Source: an uncultured Chloroflexia bacterium
Lineage (GTDB): Bacteria; Chloroflexota; Limnocylindria; Limnocylindrales; CSP1-4
DNA: 64,000 nucleotides
Direction of reading: 5' to 3'
Assembly: GCA_963724095.1 (NCBI GenBank)
Contig: CAVRTH010000001.1
Span: 66,754-130,753, forward strand
Shown here: piece after piece, positions 8,689-20,454 of the stretch
Numbering within the stretch: position 1 is the first letter of the stretch
Layout of the letters: the number at the start of each line of letters is the position of its first letter
Translations under genes and position numbers: made by a program
Notes under the pieces: model-generated
Told to the model about the DNA's origin: nothing
Database searches by the model: none
The model's input: the letters and a program-made list of their open reading frames with translations, nothing else

Positions 8689-9083
8689 GGTGGACCGAGA
8701 TCCGGGAGGAGTGGCTCGCCCGGCCCGGGTTCCGTGAGGCATTGGAGCGAGAGTTCCCGTTTCGCGAACTCTCGCTCCAGGTCGGAAGCCTCCGGGCCGA
8801 TCTCGACCTGACCCAAGCCGAGTTCGGTGAGCTGGTCGGGATGCCACAGTCGACGGTCGCGCGGCTCGAATCCGGCCGGCAGAACCCGAGCGTCAAGGTG
8901 CTCAAGCGCATCGCGGCAGCGACCGGCACCGAGCTGGTGATCGAGTTCCGCCGGCCCGGGCGCAAGCACCGAGCACGGCGGCAGACGGCTACGGCATCAT
9001 CAGGATCCGAGACCCAGGCCGGCCAGCCACTGGCCGCCTCCCCCGCCGACGACCACCGAGGAGTGCCCCATGAACCACGATGA
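8685..9083 (+). CDS. XRE-family HTH antitoxin (HigA-like)
   Basis: The ATG at 8685 follows RBS GGAGGAG and overlaps the toxin stop. The HTH is LTQAEFGELVGMPQSTVARLESGRQNPSVKVLKRIA. The C-terminal tail is low-complexity. Confidence 0.75.
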   Translation: MRWTEIREEWLARPGFREALEREFPFRELSLQVGSLRADLDLTQAEFGELVGMPQSTVARLESGRQNPSVKVLKRIAAATGTELVIEFRRPGRKHRARRQTATASSGSETQAGQPLAASPADDHRGVPHEPR

Positions 9084-9732
9084 AGCCGTTCGCCTCGCGG
9101 TCTACCGGGGCTACGTGTCTGATGGCCGGCCACCGAGCGTGGAAGAGATGGCCGTCGGGCTGGCCCTGAGCGCGGACGCGGTGCGTGACTCATTGCACTC
9201 GCTGTCGGTCGCGCGTCATGTCGTCCTGCGCGATGGCGAGATCGTGATGGCGCATCCGTTCGCGTCGATCCCACTTGGCTTCAGCGTGATGGGCCGCGAG
9301 ACCCTGTGGTGGGGTGGCTGCGCCTGGGACGCATTCGCCATCCCGCAGCTGTGCCCCGACGATCCCGAGGTGCTGGTGGCCACGCAGTGCCCCGGGTGCG
9401 GCAAGCCACTCGCCTGGGTGGTCAATCGGGAAGCCCCGCCGGTCGGTGACGAGGTAGCGCACTTCCTGGTGCCGATGGCGCAGTGCTGGGATGACGTCGT
9501 CCACACCTGCTCCAACCAGCGGCTCTTCTGCAGCGTCGAGTGCGTCCAGCGCTGGGCTGAGTCGACCGACCATGAACCCGGCTACGTCATGGACCTGGCC
9601 ACGCTCTGGCGCCTCGCTTCGCGCTGGTATCGAGGACGCCTGGAGACCGGCTACGAGCGACGCGAGCCATCCCACGCCCTCGCGTACTTCCGCGAGGTCG
9701 GCCTCACCGGCCCGTTCTGGGGCCTCGAGTAG
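9070..9732 (+). CDS. Alkylmercury (organomercurial) lyase MerB-family protein
   Basis: 220 aa. WWGGCAWDAFAIPQL aligns with the MerB WCALDTLIFPAL (Cys96/Asp99 region), and VVHTCSNQRLFCS with the Cys159 region. Confidence 0.7.
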   Translation: MNHDEAVRLAVYRGYVSDGRPPSVEEMAVGLALSADAVRDSLHSLSVARHVVLRDGEIVMAHPFASIPLGFSVMGRETLWWGGCAWDAFAIPQLCPDDPEVLVATQCPGCGKPLAWVVNREAPPVGDEVAHFLVPMAQCWDDVVHTCSNQRLFCSVECVQRWAESTDHEPGYVMDLATLWRLASRWYRGRLETGYERREPSHALAYFREVGLTGPFWGLE

Positions 9733-9734
9733 CA

Positions 9735-9765
9735 GTATTGCGGTATTGCGGCTATGCTGCAATAC
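9735..9765. promoter_or_regulatory. Tandem GTATTGCG x2 plus inverted GCAATAC (candidate operator of the second TA pair)
   Basis: GTATTGCG at 9735-9742 and 9743-9750, with the inverted arm GCAATAC at 9759-9765, immediately upstream of the antitoxin ATG at 9769. Confidence 0.5.
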
Positions 9766-9768
9766 ACC

Positions 9769-10065
9769 ATGAAGAGTTACCACATCTCGGTTCAATCCCG
9801 GGGGACCATCGCCCTGCCGGCCGATCTGCGCCGCCGACTCCACCTGGATGAGCCGGGCGCCCAAGTCCAGATCATCGAGCACGAGGATGGGACCGTCGAG
9901 CTGCAGCCGATGCTTCCGATCCCGGCGGACCAGCGCTGGTTCTGGACCGAACGCTGGCAGGCCATGGAACGCGAAGCCGACGATGACATCGCGGCAGGCC
10001 GGACGACGCGGTTCGATGACGTTGAAGACTTCATCGCGCATCTGAAGGACATCGGCGGCGATTGA
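9769..10065 (+). CDS. AbrB/MazE/SpoVT-family antitoxin
   Basis: MKSYHISVQSRGTIALPADLRRRLHL is a swapped-hairpin AbrB-type N-terminus. The stop overlaps the start of the next gene. The track start at 9754 is possible but lies inside the operator. Confidence 0.7.
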   Translation: MKSYHISVQSRGTIALPADLRRRLHLDEPGAQVQIIEHEDGTVELQPMLPIPADQRWFWTERWQAMEREADDDIAAGRTTRFDDVEDFIAHLKDIGGD

Positions 10066-10373
10066 AGCACGAGGAGCTGCGCTCGTTCGCGCGTGACTGG
10101 GTTGGACTATCGACTGAGGAACGGGCACGGTTCCTCGAGGTTCTCCGCCGTGACTTCCAGCCCGCTTGCGAACGCTACCGGCAGGACCCAGCCGTGCCGT
10201 GGCCTCGTGGGCTGCGCGTCAAACGCGTCCAGGGGATGCCTGGCGTGTGGGAGATGACCTGGAGCTTCGCCGGCCCGGACGGACGCGCGACGTTCGAATG
10301 GATCGAGGTCGACGGTGAGTTGGCCATTCGCTGGCGTCGCATCGGCGGCCACGACATCTTCGGACGTCCGTAA
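10062..10373 (+). CDS. RelE/ParE-like toxin (family assignment tentative)
   Basis: 103 aa with a TTG start overlapping the antitoxin stop. ..LRVKRVQGMPGVWEMTWSFAGPDGRATFEWIEV..IRWRRIGGHDIF resembles the C-terminal half of RelE/ParE toxins. Confidence 0.55.
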   Translation: MKHEELRSFARDWVGLSTEERARFLEVLRRDFQPACERYRQDPAVPWPRGLRVKRVQGMPGVWEMTWSFAGPDGRATFEWIEVDGELAIRWRRIGGHDIFGRP

Positions 10374-10392
10374 GGGAACGAGGACCTGGACC

Positions 10393-11397
10393 ATGGCGCA
10401 CCTCGACGGGGCCCGCAAAGTCGCAGAAGGGTACAAGGGCGCCGGACAGGGGGCCGAATCGCCTACGTCAACTGGCGGACTCATCGCTACCCTCTCCCCC
10501 ACGATGGATGACACAAGCGAGCTGAGCGACGTCTTCTTCGAGCTGCACTGCGACCTGCCGCGTGAAGGCCCCGGTGATGACGAGTCGACACTGCGGGCGC
10601 TGGCCATGTGCACCGAACTGCCGGACAGGCCGGACATCCTCGATGTCGGCTGTGGACCCGGTATGCAGACGCTGGCACTCGCGAGCGCGACCGATGGCAT
10701 CATCAGCGCGGTCGACATGCACGAGGCGTTCCTGGACCAGCTCCGCGAACGCGCCGAGGCCGCCGGTGTGCGCGAGCGACTCCACGTCATGCGCGGCGAC
10801 ATGGCCGATCTGCCCTTCGGTCCCGACTCCTTCGACCTCATCTGGTCGGAAGGAGCCGCCTACATCATGGGCATCGGTGAGGCCTTCGATGCCTGGCGTG
10901 AGTTCCTGCGACCGGGCGGCTACGTCGTCGTCACCGAGCTGAGCTGGCTGGTGCCCGATCCACCCGTGGAGGTCCGCGACTTCTTCACCGCGCAGTACCC
11001 GGGCATCCGTGACGTGGAGGGCAACCTGGAGCGCATCCGTGCGGCCGAATACGAGATCGTCGGCCACTTCACGCTGCCGGCCGAGTCGTGGTGGACGCAC
11101 TACCAGACGCCACTGGAGGCAAGGATCCCGGCGCTGCTGGAGAAGTACGCTGACGACGAGGAGGCCCTGGCGCTCGTCCACGAGACCGTCGAGGAGCACC
11201 GCATCCGTCGCGAGTACCCCGAGACCTACGGCTACGAGTTCTACATCGCCCGCTGCGCCTGCCCGGAAGGGCCCGAGCCAGGGTCATCCTGGAAACCCGG
11301 CCAGGGCAGGGATACGCAGGAGCCGGGCGAACCGGCGGGCGCGGGTGACGCGGTCGACGAGGGCGAAGAGCCGGACTATCCGCCCCCACTCGGCTGA
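10393..11397 (+). CDS. Class I SAM-dependent methyltransferase
   Basis: ILDVGCGPGMQTLALA (motif I) and FDLIWSEGAAY..LRPGGYVVV. The start is ATG 10393 (alternative 10504). The upstream part of track ORF 10315 overlaps the toxin gene. Confidence 0.8.
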   Translation: MAHLDGARKVAEGYKGAGQGAESPTSTGGLIATLSPTMDDTSELSDVFFELHCDLPREGPGDDESTLRALAMCTELPDRPDILDVGCGPGMQTLALASATDGIISAVDMHEAFLDQLRERAEAAGVRERLHVMRGDMADLPFGPDSFDLIWSEGAAYIMGIGEAFDAWREFLRPGGYVVVTELSWLVPDPPVEVRDFFTAQYPGIRDVEGNLERIRAAEYEIVGHFTLPAESWWTHYQTPLEARIPALLEKYADDEEALALVHETVEEHRIRREYPETYGYEFYIARCACPEGPEPGSSWKPGQGRDTQEPGEPAGAGDAVDEGEEPDYPPPLG

Positions 11398-11452
11398 CGC
11401 GAAGACAGACCTGACGGACGCTCAGCGCGCGGATGGCCTAGGCTCTCGCGCG

Positions 11453-12544
11453 ATGCACCTCCAACCACTCGGTGCGCGGCGCGACGGCGCCGAGCGCTAC
11501 CTGGTCCTGACGATCGCCGCCTTCGCGGTGACCGTCGCGGGCGTCCGCTGGTACCTCGACACGGCCGGCTATCCCACCATCGGCGGCGGTGACCTGCACG
11601 TCGCCCATGTGCTCTGGGGTGGGCTGGCCCTTTTCATCGCCGCGTTGCTGCTCCAGCTCTACGTGGGCCGGCGCTCGCTGCTGCTCTCCGCGGTCCTGGC
11701 CGGGGTCGGCGCGGGCCTGTTCATCGACGAGGTCGGCAAGTTCCTGACCACGACCAACGACTACTTCTTCGCACCAGCGGCCCCGATCATCTACGGCAGC
11801 ATCCTGCTCCTGGTCCTGCTCTGGGTGCTCGTGCGCCGGCGCCGGCTGGACAGCCAGTCGGCCATGCACGCCGTCGTGGAGTCCCTGGCCGCCGGGATCG
11901 ACGGCCGCCTGACCGAGCCCGATCGCGAGCGCGTCATCGCGCAGCTGCGCGAGGCTCAGTCGGAGACACAGCCAGCAGCCGACGATCAGCAACTGGCGGC
12001 GTCGATGATCGCGACGCTCGAGTCCCCGGCCATGGACGCGCGGCTGGTGTCCCCTGGTTTCGTCGCTCGCGGCGATGCCCGTCGACTGCTGGAGCGGTTC
12101 CTGCCGACGCGCCTGGAGCGTTGGCTCATCGCCATCGGACTCCTGCTCGCCGTGGCCACGGCACTCTTCTCGGTGCTGGTGTTGCTGGTGTCAGCCAGCG
12201 GCGAGCTCGACTGGTCGGAGCTGCTGACGGCCGACGTCGGGCGACTCGAGATTCCCACCGAGCCCGTCTGGCTGCTGCTGTTCCTGGGCATCAACGCCGT
12301 GGTCGGCTTGGGGGCTGCCGCGGCGTTCTTGCTGCTTGTGGCCAGGCGCAGCATGCGGGCGATGGACATCGGCCTCGCAGCCATCCTGCTCGGCCTCGTC
12401 GCCGGCGGGTTGGTCGGGTTCTACGCCGCGCAGGTGGGGGTCTTGACGTCGACCATCCAGCAGGTGCTGTTGCTCGGTCTCATCGTGGACCAGAGGATCC
12501 GGCTGCAACGGACGGCCACCGACGTTGACGCGGGTGCTGGCTGA
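11453..12544 (+). CDS. Integral membrane protein, unknown function
   Basis: From the ATG at 11453 the product is hydrophobic and multi-helix (LVLTIAAFAVTVAGV.., LWGGLALFIAALLLQ..). The upstream part of track ORF 11009 is Arg/Ser-rich out-of-frame overlap with the methyltransferase gene. Confidence 0.65.
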   Translation: MHLQPLGARRDGAERYLVLTIAAFAVTVAGVRWYLDTAGYPTIGGGDLHVAHVLWGGLALFIAALLLQLYVGRRSLLLSAVLAGVGAGLFIDEVGKFLTTTNDYFFAPAAPIIYGSILLLVLLWVLVRRRRLDSQSAMHAVVESLAAGIDGRLTEPDRERVIAQLREAQSETQPAADDQQLAASMIATLESPAMDARLVSPGFVARGDARRLLERFLPTRLERWLIAIGLLLAVATALFSVLVLLVSASGELDWSELLTADVGRLEIPTEPVWLLLFLGINAVVGLGAAAAFLLLVARRSMRAMDIGLAAILLGLVAGGLVGFYAAQVGVLTSTIQQVLLLGLIVDQRIRLQRTATDVDAGAG

Positions 12545-13889
12545 GACCTACGCTCGCGACGTGTCAGGAGATCTCCCGCAACAGCCGCCCTTCACGCTGC
12601 GTGCGCGACTGCTGAGTCCACTCACCGATGGCTCGATGCTGTGGCGGCCCGATGGGGTCATCGAGGTGGACGAGTCCGGACGCATCTTCTCTGTCCGTGC
12701 CACTGCTGATGCGCCGCGGGCTGCCGAGTCAGCCATCGACCTGCGACCGCTGGTGGTGATGCCCGGGCTGGTGGATACGCACGTGCATATCCCGCAGGTG
12801 CCGGCGGCGGGGCTGGGCGCCGGCATGGACCTGCTGGCCTGGCTGGAGCGCTACGTCTTCCCGCTTGAGCGCGCCTTCGACGTGACGGCTGCCGAGCGAC
12901 TGGCGCCGCAGGTGTACCGCGCCATGGCCGCCGCCGGCACCACCACCTTCGCGGGCTATGCCGCGGTCTGGCCCGACTCCACGGACGCCTGCTTCCGTGC
13001 GGCAGAGGACCACGGCATCCGCGCGATCATCGGCAACGTGCTCATGGACCGCATCACGTATGACGATCGCACGCCGCCGGGTGACATCCTGGAGAACGCC
13101 ATCCGCGCGTCGGGCGAGCTTTGCGAGCGCTGGCACGGCGCCGCCGATGGCCGGCTGCGCTACGCCTTCACGCCGCGCTTCGCGGTCTCCTGCACGGCCG
13201 ACATGCTGCGCGAGTCCGCTTCACTGGCCGAGCACTACGGCGCCACCTGGCAGACGCACCTCTCCGAGGACGCGCTCGAGATCGCCACGGTCGGCAAGCA
13301 CTTCCCCGAGGCAGCCGACTACCTCGACGTCTACGACCGTGCCGGTGGCGTGGGCTCCAGGTCCCTCTTCGCTCACGCCATCCACCTCTCGGACCGCGAG
13401 GTCGCCCGCATGGTGGAGGCCGACGCCGCCGTCGCCCATTGCCCGGTCAGCAACATGTTCATCCGCAGCGGTGTCATGCCCATCGCGCACTACCTCGATG
13501 CCGGCATCCGCATGGGTCTGGGCACGGACGTGGCCGGCGCACCGGAGCTGTCGGTCATCACGCAGATGCGCCTGGGCTTCTTCGTCCACAACGCGCGGGC
13601 CACGATGGTCGAGGACGGCGCGCCGTTGCCGCGACCGCTCGAATGGCTGCGACTGGGCACGCTCGGTGGGGCTGAGGCACTGGGCCTCGATGACGTCATC
13701 GGCTCCCTGGAGTCGGGCAAGGAGGCGGACCTCATCGCCGTCGACCCCGAGCTTGGGCGCCCGCCGGAGGCAGAGGCGTGCCGCGACGAGGAAGAGATCG
13801 CCAGCCGTCTCATCTTCCGCGAGCGACCCGGCATGGTCCGAGCCGCCTGGGTGCGAGGACGACGCTTGGAGACGAGCGTAGACGGCTAG
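12525..13889 (+). CDS. Amidohydrolase, guanine-deaminase-like
   Basis: PGLVDTHVHIPQ metal-binding motif, ..HLSE.., FAHAIHL, ..GLGTDVAG.. Typical of the guanine/cytosine deaminase subfamily. The start is uncertain (TTG 12525 or GTG 12534). Confidence 0.75.
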   Translation: MTRVLAETYARDVSGDLPQQPPFTLRARLLSPLTDGSMLWRPDGVIEVDESGRIFSVRATADAPRAAESAIDLRPLVVMPGLVDTHVHIPQVPAAGLGAGMDLLAWLERYVFPLERAFDVTAAERLAPQVYRAMAAAGTTTFAGYAAVWPDSTDACFRAAEDHGIRAIIGNVLMDRITYDDRTPPGDILENAIRASGELCERWHGAADGRLRYAFTPRFAVSCTADMLRESASLAEHYGATWQTHLSEDALEIATVGKHFPEAADYLDVYDRAGGVGSRSLFAHAIHLSDREVARMVEADAAVAHCPVSNMFIRSGVMPIAHYLDAGIRMGLGTDVAGAPELSVITQMRLGFFVHNARATMVEDGAPLPRPLEWLRLGTLGGAEALGLDDVIGSLESGKEADLIAVDPELGRPPEAEACRDEEEIASRLIFRERPGMVRAAWVRGRRLETSVDG

Positions 13890-13898
13890 CATTCGGCC

Positions 13899-15373
<1,475 letters not shown>

Positions 15374-15377
<4 letters not shown>

Positions 15378-15880
15378 AGCACCGGCCTCCAGACCATCAG
15401 GCCCACGATGACGATGGTCAGGACCAGCAAGACCATGCCGTAGAGCTGCATCTTCCTGACGTTCTCAGTCAGCTCGGCGGGCGGGCCCTCGGGACCGGGC
15501 GGCTGCGATGTCAGGGCGATGACCTTGTTGAGCACGGGCCGCTGCAGCAGGAACACGATCAGGAGCGAGACCACGTAGAGCACGAGCGCGACCGCGAGCC
15601 ACAACTCCTCGAACCGCTTCATACCCCCCTTTTCGACGACCATGAGCGTGCCAGTGATGAACATCGAGATGGCCACGGGGACGAGGACGCCGTTGGAGAC
15701 ACGCTTGGCCGCACGCATGTACCAGTTGCCGTGTTGGGGCTCCCTGGAGACCGCCATCCCGAAGATGGGGGCGTAGAAGCCGAAACCGAAGGCCGCGATG
15801 GCCCCGAGGATGTGCAGGAACAACCACAGTTGGAACATGGCCGCTAGGGTAGCGGGGTCGTCGTAGCTCAGCACGCCCAT
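15374..15880 (-). CDS. DUF2269-like small membrane protein
   Basis: 168 aa with four hydrophobic helices. Its stop overlaps the xylB stop region. Confidence 0.55.
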
Positions 15881-15900
15881 CCCGCGGTGTGTCGTGCACG

Positions 15901-16527
15901 TCAGTCGTCGTCCTCGCCGCCGAGCGCCTCCCAGCCCTCGCGCACGAGCAGCACCGCGATGGCCAGGGCCGCGAGCGGGTCAGCCCACCACCAGCCCAGC
16001 AGCGCATTGAGGCCCAGGCCAGCCAGCGCGAACGTGGACAGATACCAGCAAGCCCGTGTTTGGCGAGAATCGGCGACGAGCGCCCGGCTGCCAAGCGCCT
16101 GACCGGTCAAGAGCTTGGCGCGCGCGAGCCACAGCATCACGGCGATCGAGACGCTCGTGAGCACGATCCCGACCCGACTGACATCGGGCGCTTCGGCCGC
16201 GAGTAGCGTCTTGACCGACTCGTAGGCGACATAGGCCGCGAGTAGCACGAAGGACACGCCGACCAGGAGTTCCGCCCGGCGTTCGACTCGCTCGACTGCA
16301 TCCTCGTCGAGCCCGCCTCGCTCCTCTGTCCGCAAGCGCCAGATGAGCACGGTCCCCGAGATGAGCTCGACGAAGCTATCGATGCCGAAGGCCACGAGCG
16401 CGATCGACCCGCTGGCGAGGCCGGCGGCGATCGCGATGAGCCCTTCCAGGACGTTCCAGCCAACGGTGAGGTACTCGAGCCGCAGCCCGCGTCTCAACAA
16501 CTCGAGGCGGCCCCCGGTGGCGTCCAT
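15901..16527 (-). CDS. Cation diffusion facilitator-type cation transporter (TMD-only form)
   Basis: 208 aa with LEYLTVGWNVLEGLIAIAAGLASGSIALVAFGIDSFVE (CDF helix 2 signature) and six helices. Confidence 0.75.
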   Translation of the reverse strand: MDATGGRLELLRRGLRLEYLTVGWNVLEGLIAIAAGLASGSIALVAFGIDSFVELISGTVLIWRLRTEERGGLDEDAVERVERRAELLVGVSFVLLAAYVAYESVKTLLAAEAPDVSRVGIVLTSVSIAVMLWLARAKLLTGQALGSRALVADSRQTRACWYLSTFALAGLGLNALLGWWWADPLAALAIAVLLVREGWEALGGEDDD

Positions 16528-16615
16528 CCGTCAACGATATCGGCAGCGACCCAGGCATGCGGCTGCGCCACGTAGACGGTCGTTGCGGCCCACCTGTCTC
16601 TGAGCATCAACGGGG

Positions 16616-16644
16616 CTTGATGGGTGTGGGTCATGCACATATCG
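16616..16644 (+). promoter_or_regulatory. Candidate sigma70-type promoter (TTGATG-N17-TATCGT) for the dehydrogenase operon
   Basis: Hexamers at 16616-16621 and 16639-16644 with a 17-nt spacer, in the only AT-rich patch of the 259-bp intergenic region. This implies a ~140-nt leader. Confidence 0.3.
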
Positions 16645-16786
16645 TTGTCGTTCTCGTACCGCGCGAGCAGGGGTCTATCTGCTGCCGGCGGCTGAAGCGG
16701 TGCTGACGATGCCGACCGCAACGCCGTGACCGCGTGGCACGCGTGCCTGACAGCGTGCAGAATGCGACGAACATGGAGCATCGGCC

Positions 16787-19093
16787 TTGAACGAACACGT
16801 CCGCGACCAGCACGCCACGACCGAGGGCCCGGTGGTATTGACGCCACCTGCGCCTGGTGAGGCAGCGGCGCTCGCGCGCGGGCTGGCGTCTCCGGCACCG
16901 CTCCGCCGTGAGGGTCCGGGCAAGCTCACCGGCGAAGCCAAGTACACCGACGACCTGGTGTTCCCCGGTGCCTGGTACGGCGCGACCATCCGCTCGACCG
17001 AGGCACACGCACGCCTGCTGGGCCTGGAGCTCGATCCCGACTTCGACTGGTCGAAGGTGGTGGTCATGACCGCCGAGGACATCCCCGGCGAGAACATCGT
17101 CAGTTCCATCCAGGACGACATGCCGGCGCTCGCGACCGGGGTCATCCGCCACCATTCCGAGCCTATCGCCCTCGTGGCCGCACCTGACAAGGCCACCCTG
17201 CGCGAGGCCAAGCGACGTATCAAGGCACGCACCCAGCCACTCCCACCGGTCTTCGACCCGCTCGAGTCCGAGCAGCAGTTCGCGGCCTACGAGATCACGC
17301 GCGGCGACGTGGCGGCGGGCTTCGCGCAGGCCACGCTCATCGTGCAGGGCGAGTACCGGGTCGGTCACCAGGAGCAGCTGTACATCGAGAACCAGGCCAT
17401 GATCGCGGAGCCGCGGCCCGACGGCGGCATCACCATCACCGGCTCGATGCAGTGCCCCTACTACGTCCACACGGCGTTGAAGCGGGCGCTGGACCTGAGT
17501 GACACGCAAGCCGTCATCACCCAGGCGGAGACTGGCGGCGGCTTCGGCGGAAAGGAGGATTTCCCTTCCGTCGTGGCCATCCATGCGGCGCTGCTGGCGC
17601 AGCGCATCGGCAAGCCCGTACGCATGATCTACGACCGTCACGAAGACATCGCCTCGACCACCAAGCGGCACCCGGCGGTGATCCGCTACCGCTCAGGCGT
17701 CTCGGCCGACGGACGCCTCGTCGCACAGGATGTCGAGGTGGTCATGGATGCCGGCGCATATTGCACCCTCTCGCCGGTGGTGCTGTCACGTGGCGTGCTG
17801 CACGCGGGCGGCCCCTACGAGTGCCCCAACGTCCATATCAAGGGCCGCACCATGGCCACCAATACGCCGCCCAACAGCGCGTTCCGGGGGTTCGGAGCGC
17901 CTCAGGTGGGCTTCGCCCACGAACTGCAGGTCGCACGCATCGCTGATGAGATGGGCCTGTCCCCTGCGGAGCTCCGACGTCGCTGGGCCTACCGCGAAGG
18001 TGGCGTGACACCCAGTGGCCAGGTGCTCCGCGAGAGCGTGGCGGCCGAGGACGTGCTGGAGCAGGCGACCCAAGCCGCCGATTACGAGGGCGTACGCGAG
18101 GTCAGCCAGCAGACGCGTACCATCCGCTGGCGATACGCCGCCGAGGCCGCCGCCGGGTTCAACTCCACGCGCATCCGAACAGCGTCCGGCATCGGCATCG
18201 CCATGGGCTGGCACGGTGCCGGCTTCACCGGCCGCGGCGAGATCAACATGGCCAGCGTCGCGGGCGTTGAACTCGGCGACGACGGTGTGGTGCGACTCCT
18301 GGTCGCCAATACCGAGATCGGCCAGGGCACCAACACGGTGCTTCCGATGATCGTGGCCGAGGTGCTCGGCATCGAACCGGGCGAGGTGCAGATGGCGCCC
18401 ATCGACACGTCGATCGTGCCCAACAGCGGGCCTACGGTCGCCTCGCGCACGGTGATGGTGGTGGGCGGCTTGGTGTCCAGGGCCGCGTCGAAGTTGCGCG
18501 AGACGGTCGAGGCGCGCTCCGGCGGGGTCTTCGCCGACGTGTATCGCGATGACGCACGCAGGCACGGTGCCACCCGCGTCGACGAGCAGTACCAGTCCGC
18601 GACTGACGTGGAGTTCGACGACGAGACCCACACCGGCGACGCCTACCCCGCCTTCGGCTGGGCCTGTGCCGTGGCCAAGGTGGATGTCGATCTCGATAGC
18701 GGCGAAGTACGGGTACGAAGCGTGGTCAGTGCCGATGACGTGGGACGCGTCATCCACCCGCTGCTGGCCGAGGGGCAGGTCGAGGGTGGCACGCTCCAGT
18801 CGGTCGGCTACGGCACCATCGAGGAGATCAAGTTGCAGGATGGCCGCTACCTCAACGACCGCCTCGCGACCTACCTCATCCCCACCTCCATGGATGCGCC
18901 ACGCATCACCGCGATCCTGGTGGAGAAGCCCTTCAGCGGTGCCCCGCACGGTGCCAAGGGGGTCGGAGAGCTGCCCATGAACGTCGCCGCGCCGGCTATC
19001 GTCGATGCCATCCACGACGCGGTCGGCGTGTGGGTGACGGAGCTGCCGGCGACCCCGGAACGCGTGCTTCGCACCCTGGCGGAGCCGGCATGA
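16787..19093 (+). CDS. Xanthine dehydrogenase-family molybdopterin-binding large subunit
   Basis: 768 aa with ..GEAKYTDD.., ETGGGFGGKE, AFRGFGAPQ, and ..GAKGVGELP.. at the C-terminus. Confidence 0.9.
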   Translation: MNEHVRDQHATTEGPVVLTPPAPGEAAALARGLASPAPLRREGPGKLTGEAKYTDDLVFPGAWYGATIRSTEAHARLLGLELDPDFDWSKVVVMTAEDIPGENIVSSIQDDMPALATGVIRHHSEPIALVAAPDKATLREAKRRIKARTQPLPPVFDPLESEQQFAAYEITRGDVAAGFAQATLIVQGEYRVGHQEQLYIENQAMIAEPRPDGGITITGSMQCPYYVHTALKRALDLSDTQAVITQAETGGGFGGKEDFPSVVAIHAALLAQRIGKPVRMIYDRHEDIASTTKRHPAVIRYRSGVSADGRLVAQDVEVVMDAGAYCTLSPVVLSRGVLHAGGPYECPNVHIKGRTMATNTPPNSAFRGFGAPQVGFAHELQVARIADEMGLSPAELRRRWAYREGGVTPSGQVLRESVAAEDVLEQATQAADYEGVREVSQQTRTIRWRYAAEAAAGFNSTRIRTASGIGIAMGWHGAGFTGRGEINMASVAGVELGDDGVVRLLVANTEIGQGTNTVLPMIVAEVLGIEPGEVQMAPIDTSIVPNSGPTVASRTVMVVGGLVSRAASKLRETVEARSGGVFADVYRDDARRHGATRVDEQYQSATDVEFDDETHTGDAYPAFGWACAVAKVDVDLDSGEVRVRSVVSADDVGRVIHPLLAEGQVEGGTLQSVGYGTIEEIKLQDGRYLNDRLATYLIPTSMDAPRITAILVEKPFSGAPHGAKGVGELPMNVAAPAIVDAIHDAVGVWVTELPATPERVLRTLAEPA

Positions 19094-19108
19094 CGACCCT
19101 GCTCGAAC

Positions 19109-19602
19109 GTGGGTCGGCGGGGTCCGGCTGGCTATCGCTTCACGCTCAACGGTGAGCTACGCGAGGTCTCGGTCCCCGGCATGCGGCGGCTGCTTGACGT
19201 CATCCGCGAGGACCTGGGCCTGACCGGCACCAAGGAAGGTTGTGGCGAAGGCGAGTGTGGCGCCTGCTCGGTGATCATCGACGGCTTGGTGGTGGACAGC
19301 TGCCTCGTGCCGGTGTGCCAGGTCGATGGTTGCGACGTGCGAACGGTCGAGGGCCTCACCGATGCCGAGACTTCAGCGCTGGGCCCACTGCAGACGGCGT
19401 TCCTGGAGCGCGGCGGTGCCCAATGTGGCATCTGCACCCCGGGCATGCTGATGGCAGCGCAGGCGTACCTCGACGATGGCGGAAGTGCCGACGAGGACGA
19501 CATCCGCGAGGCCATCGCCGGCAATCTCTGTCGCTGTACCGGCTATACCAAGATCATCGATGCCATCGAGGCTGCCGCTTTGGCTCGCGAGACGGACGCC
19601 TG

Positions 19603-19603
<1 letters not shown>
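19109..19603 (+). CDS. (2Fe-2S)-binding small subunit
   Basis: FTLNGE..TGTKEGCGEGECGACSV and CGICTPG..LCRCTGY. The GTG start at 19109 lacks an RBS. An ATG at 19090 overlaps the upstream stop (ATGA) but is in another frame, so another single-base lesion near ~19130 is possible. Confidence 0.88.

Positions 19604-20454
<851 letters not shown>

Noticed and set aside
16528-16786. A possible riboswitch (Moco or purine) in the 259-bp leader of the xanthine-dehydrogenase-family operon.
   Set aside because: I could not find the conserved cores of either class by eye; only generic GC hairpins are present. A covariance-model scan (Rfam/Infernal) is needed. A hit to RF01055 or RF00167 would overturn this rejection.
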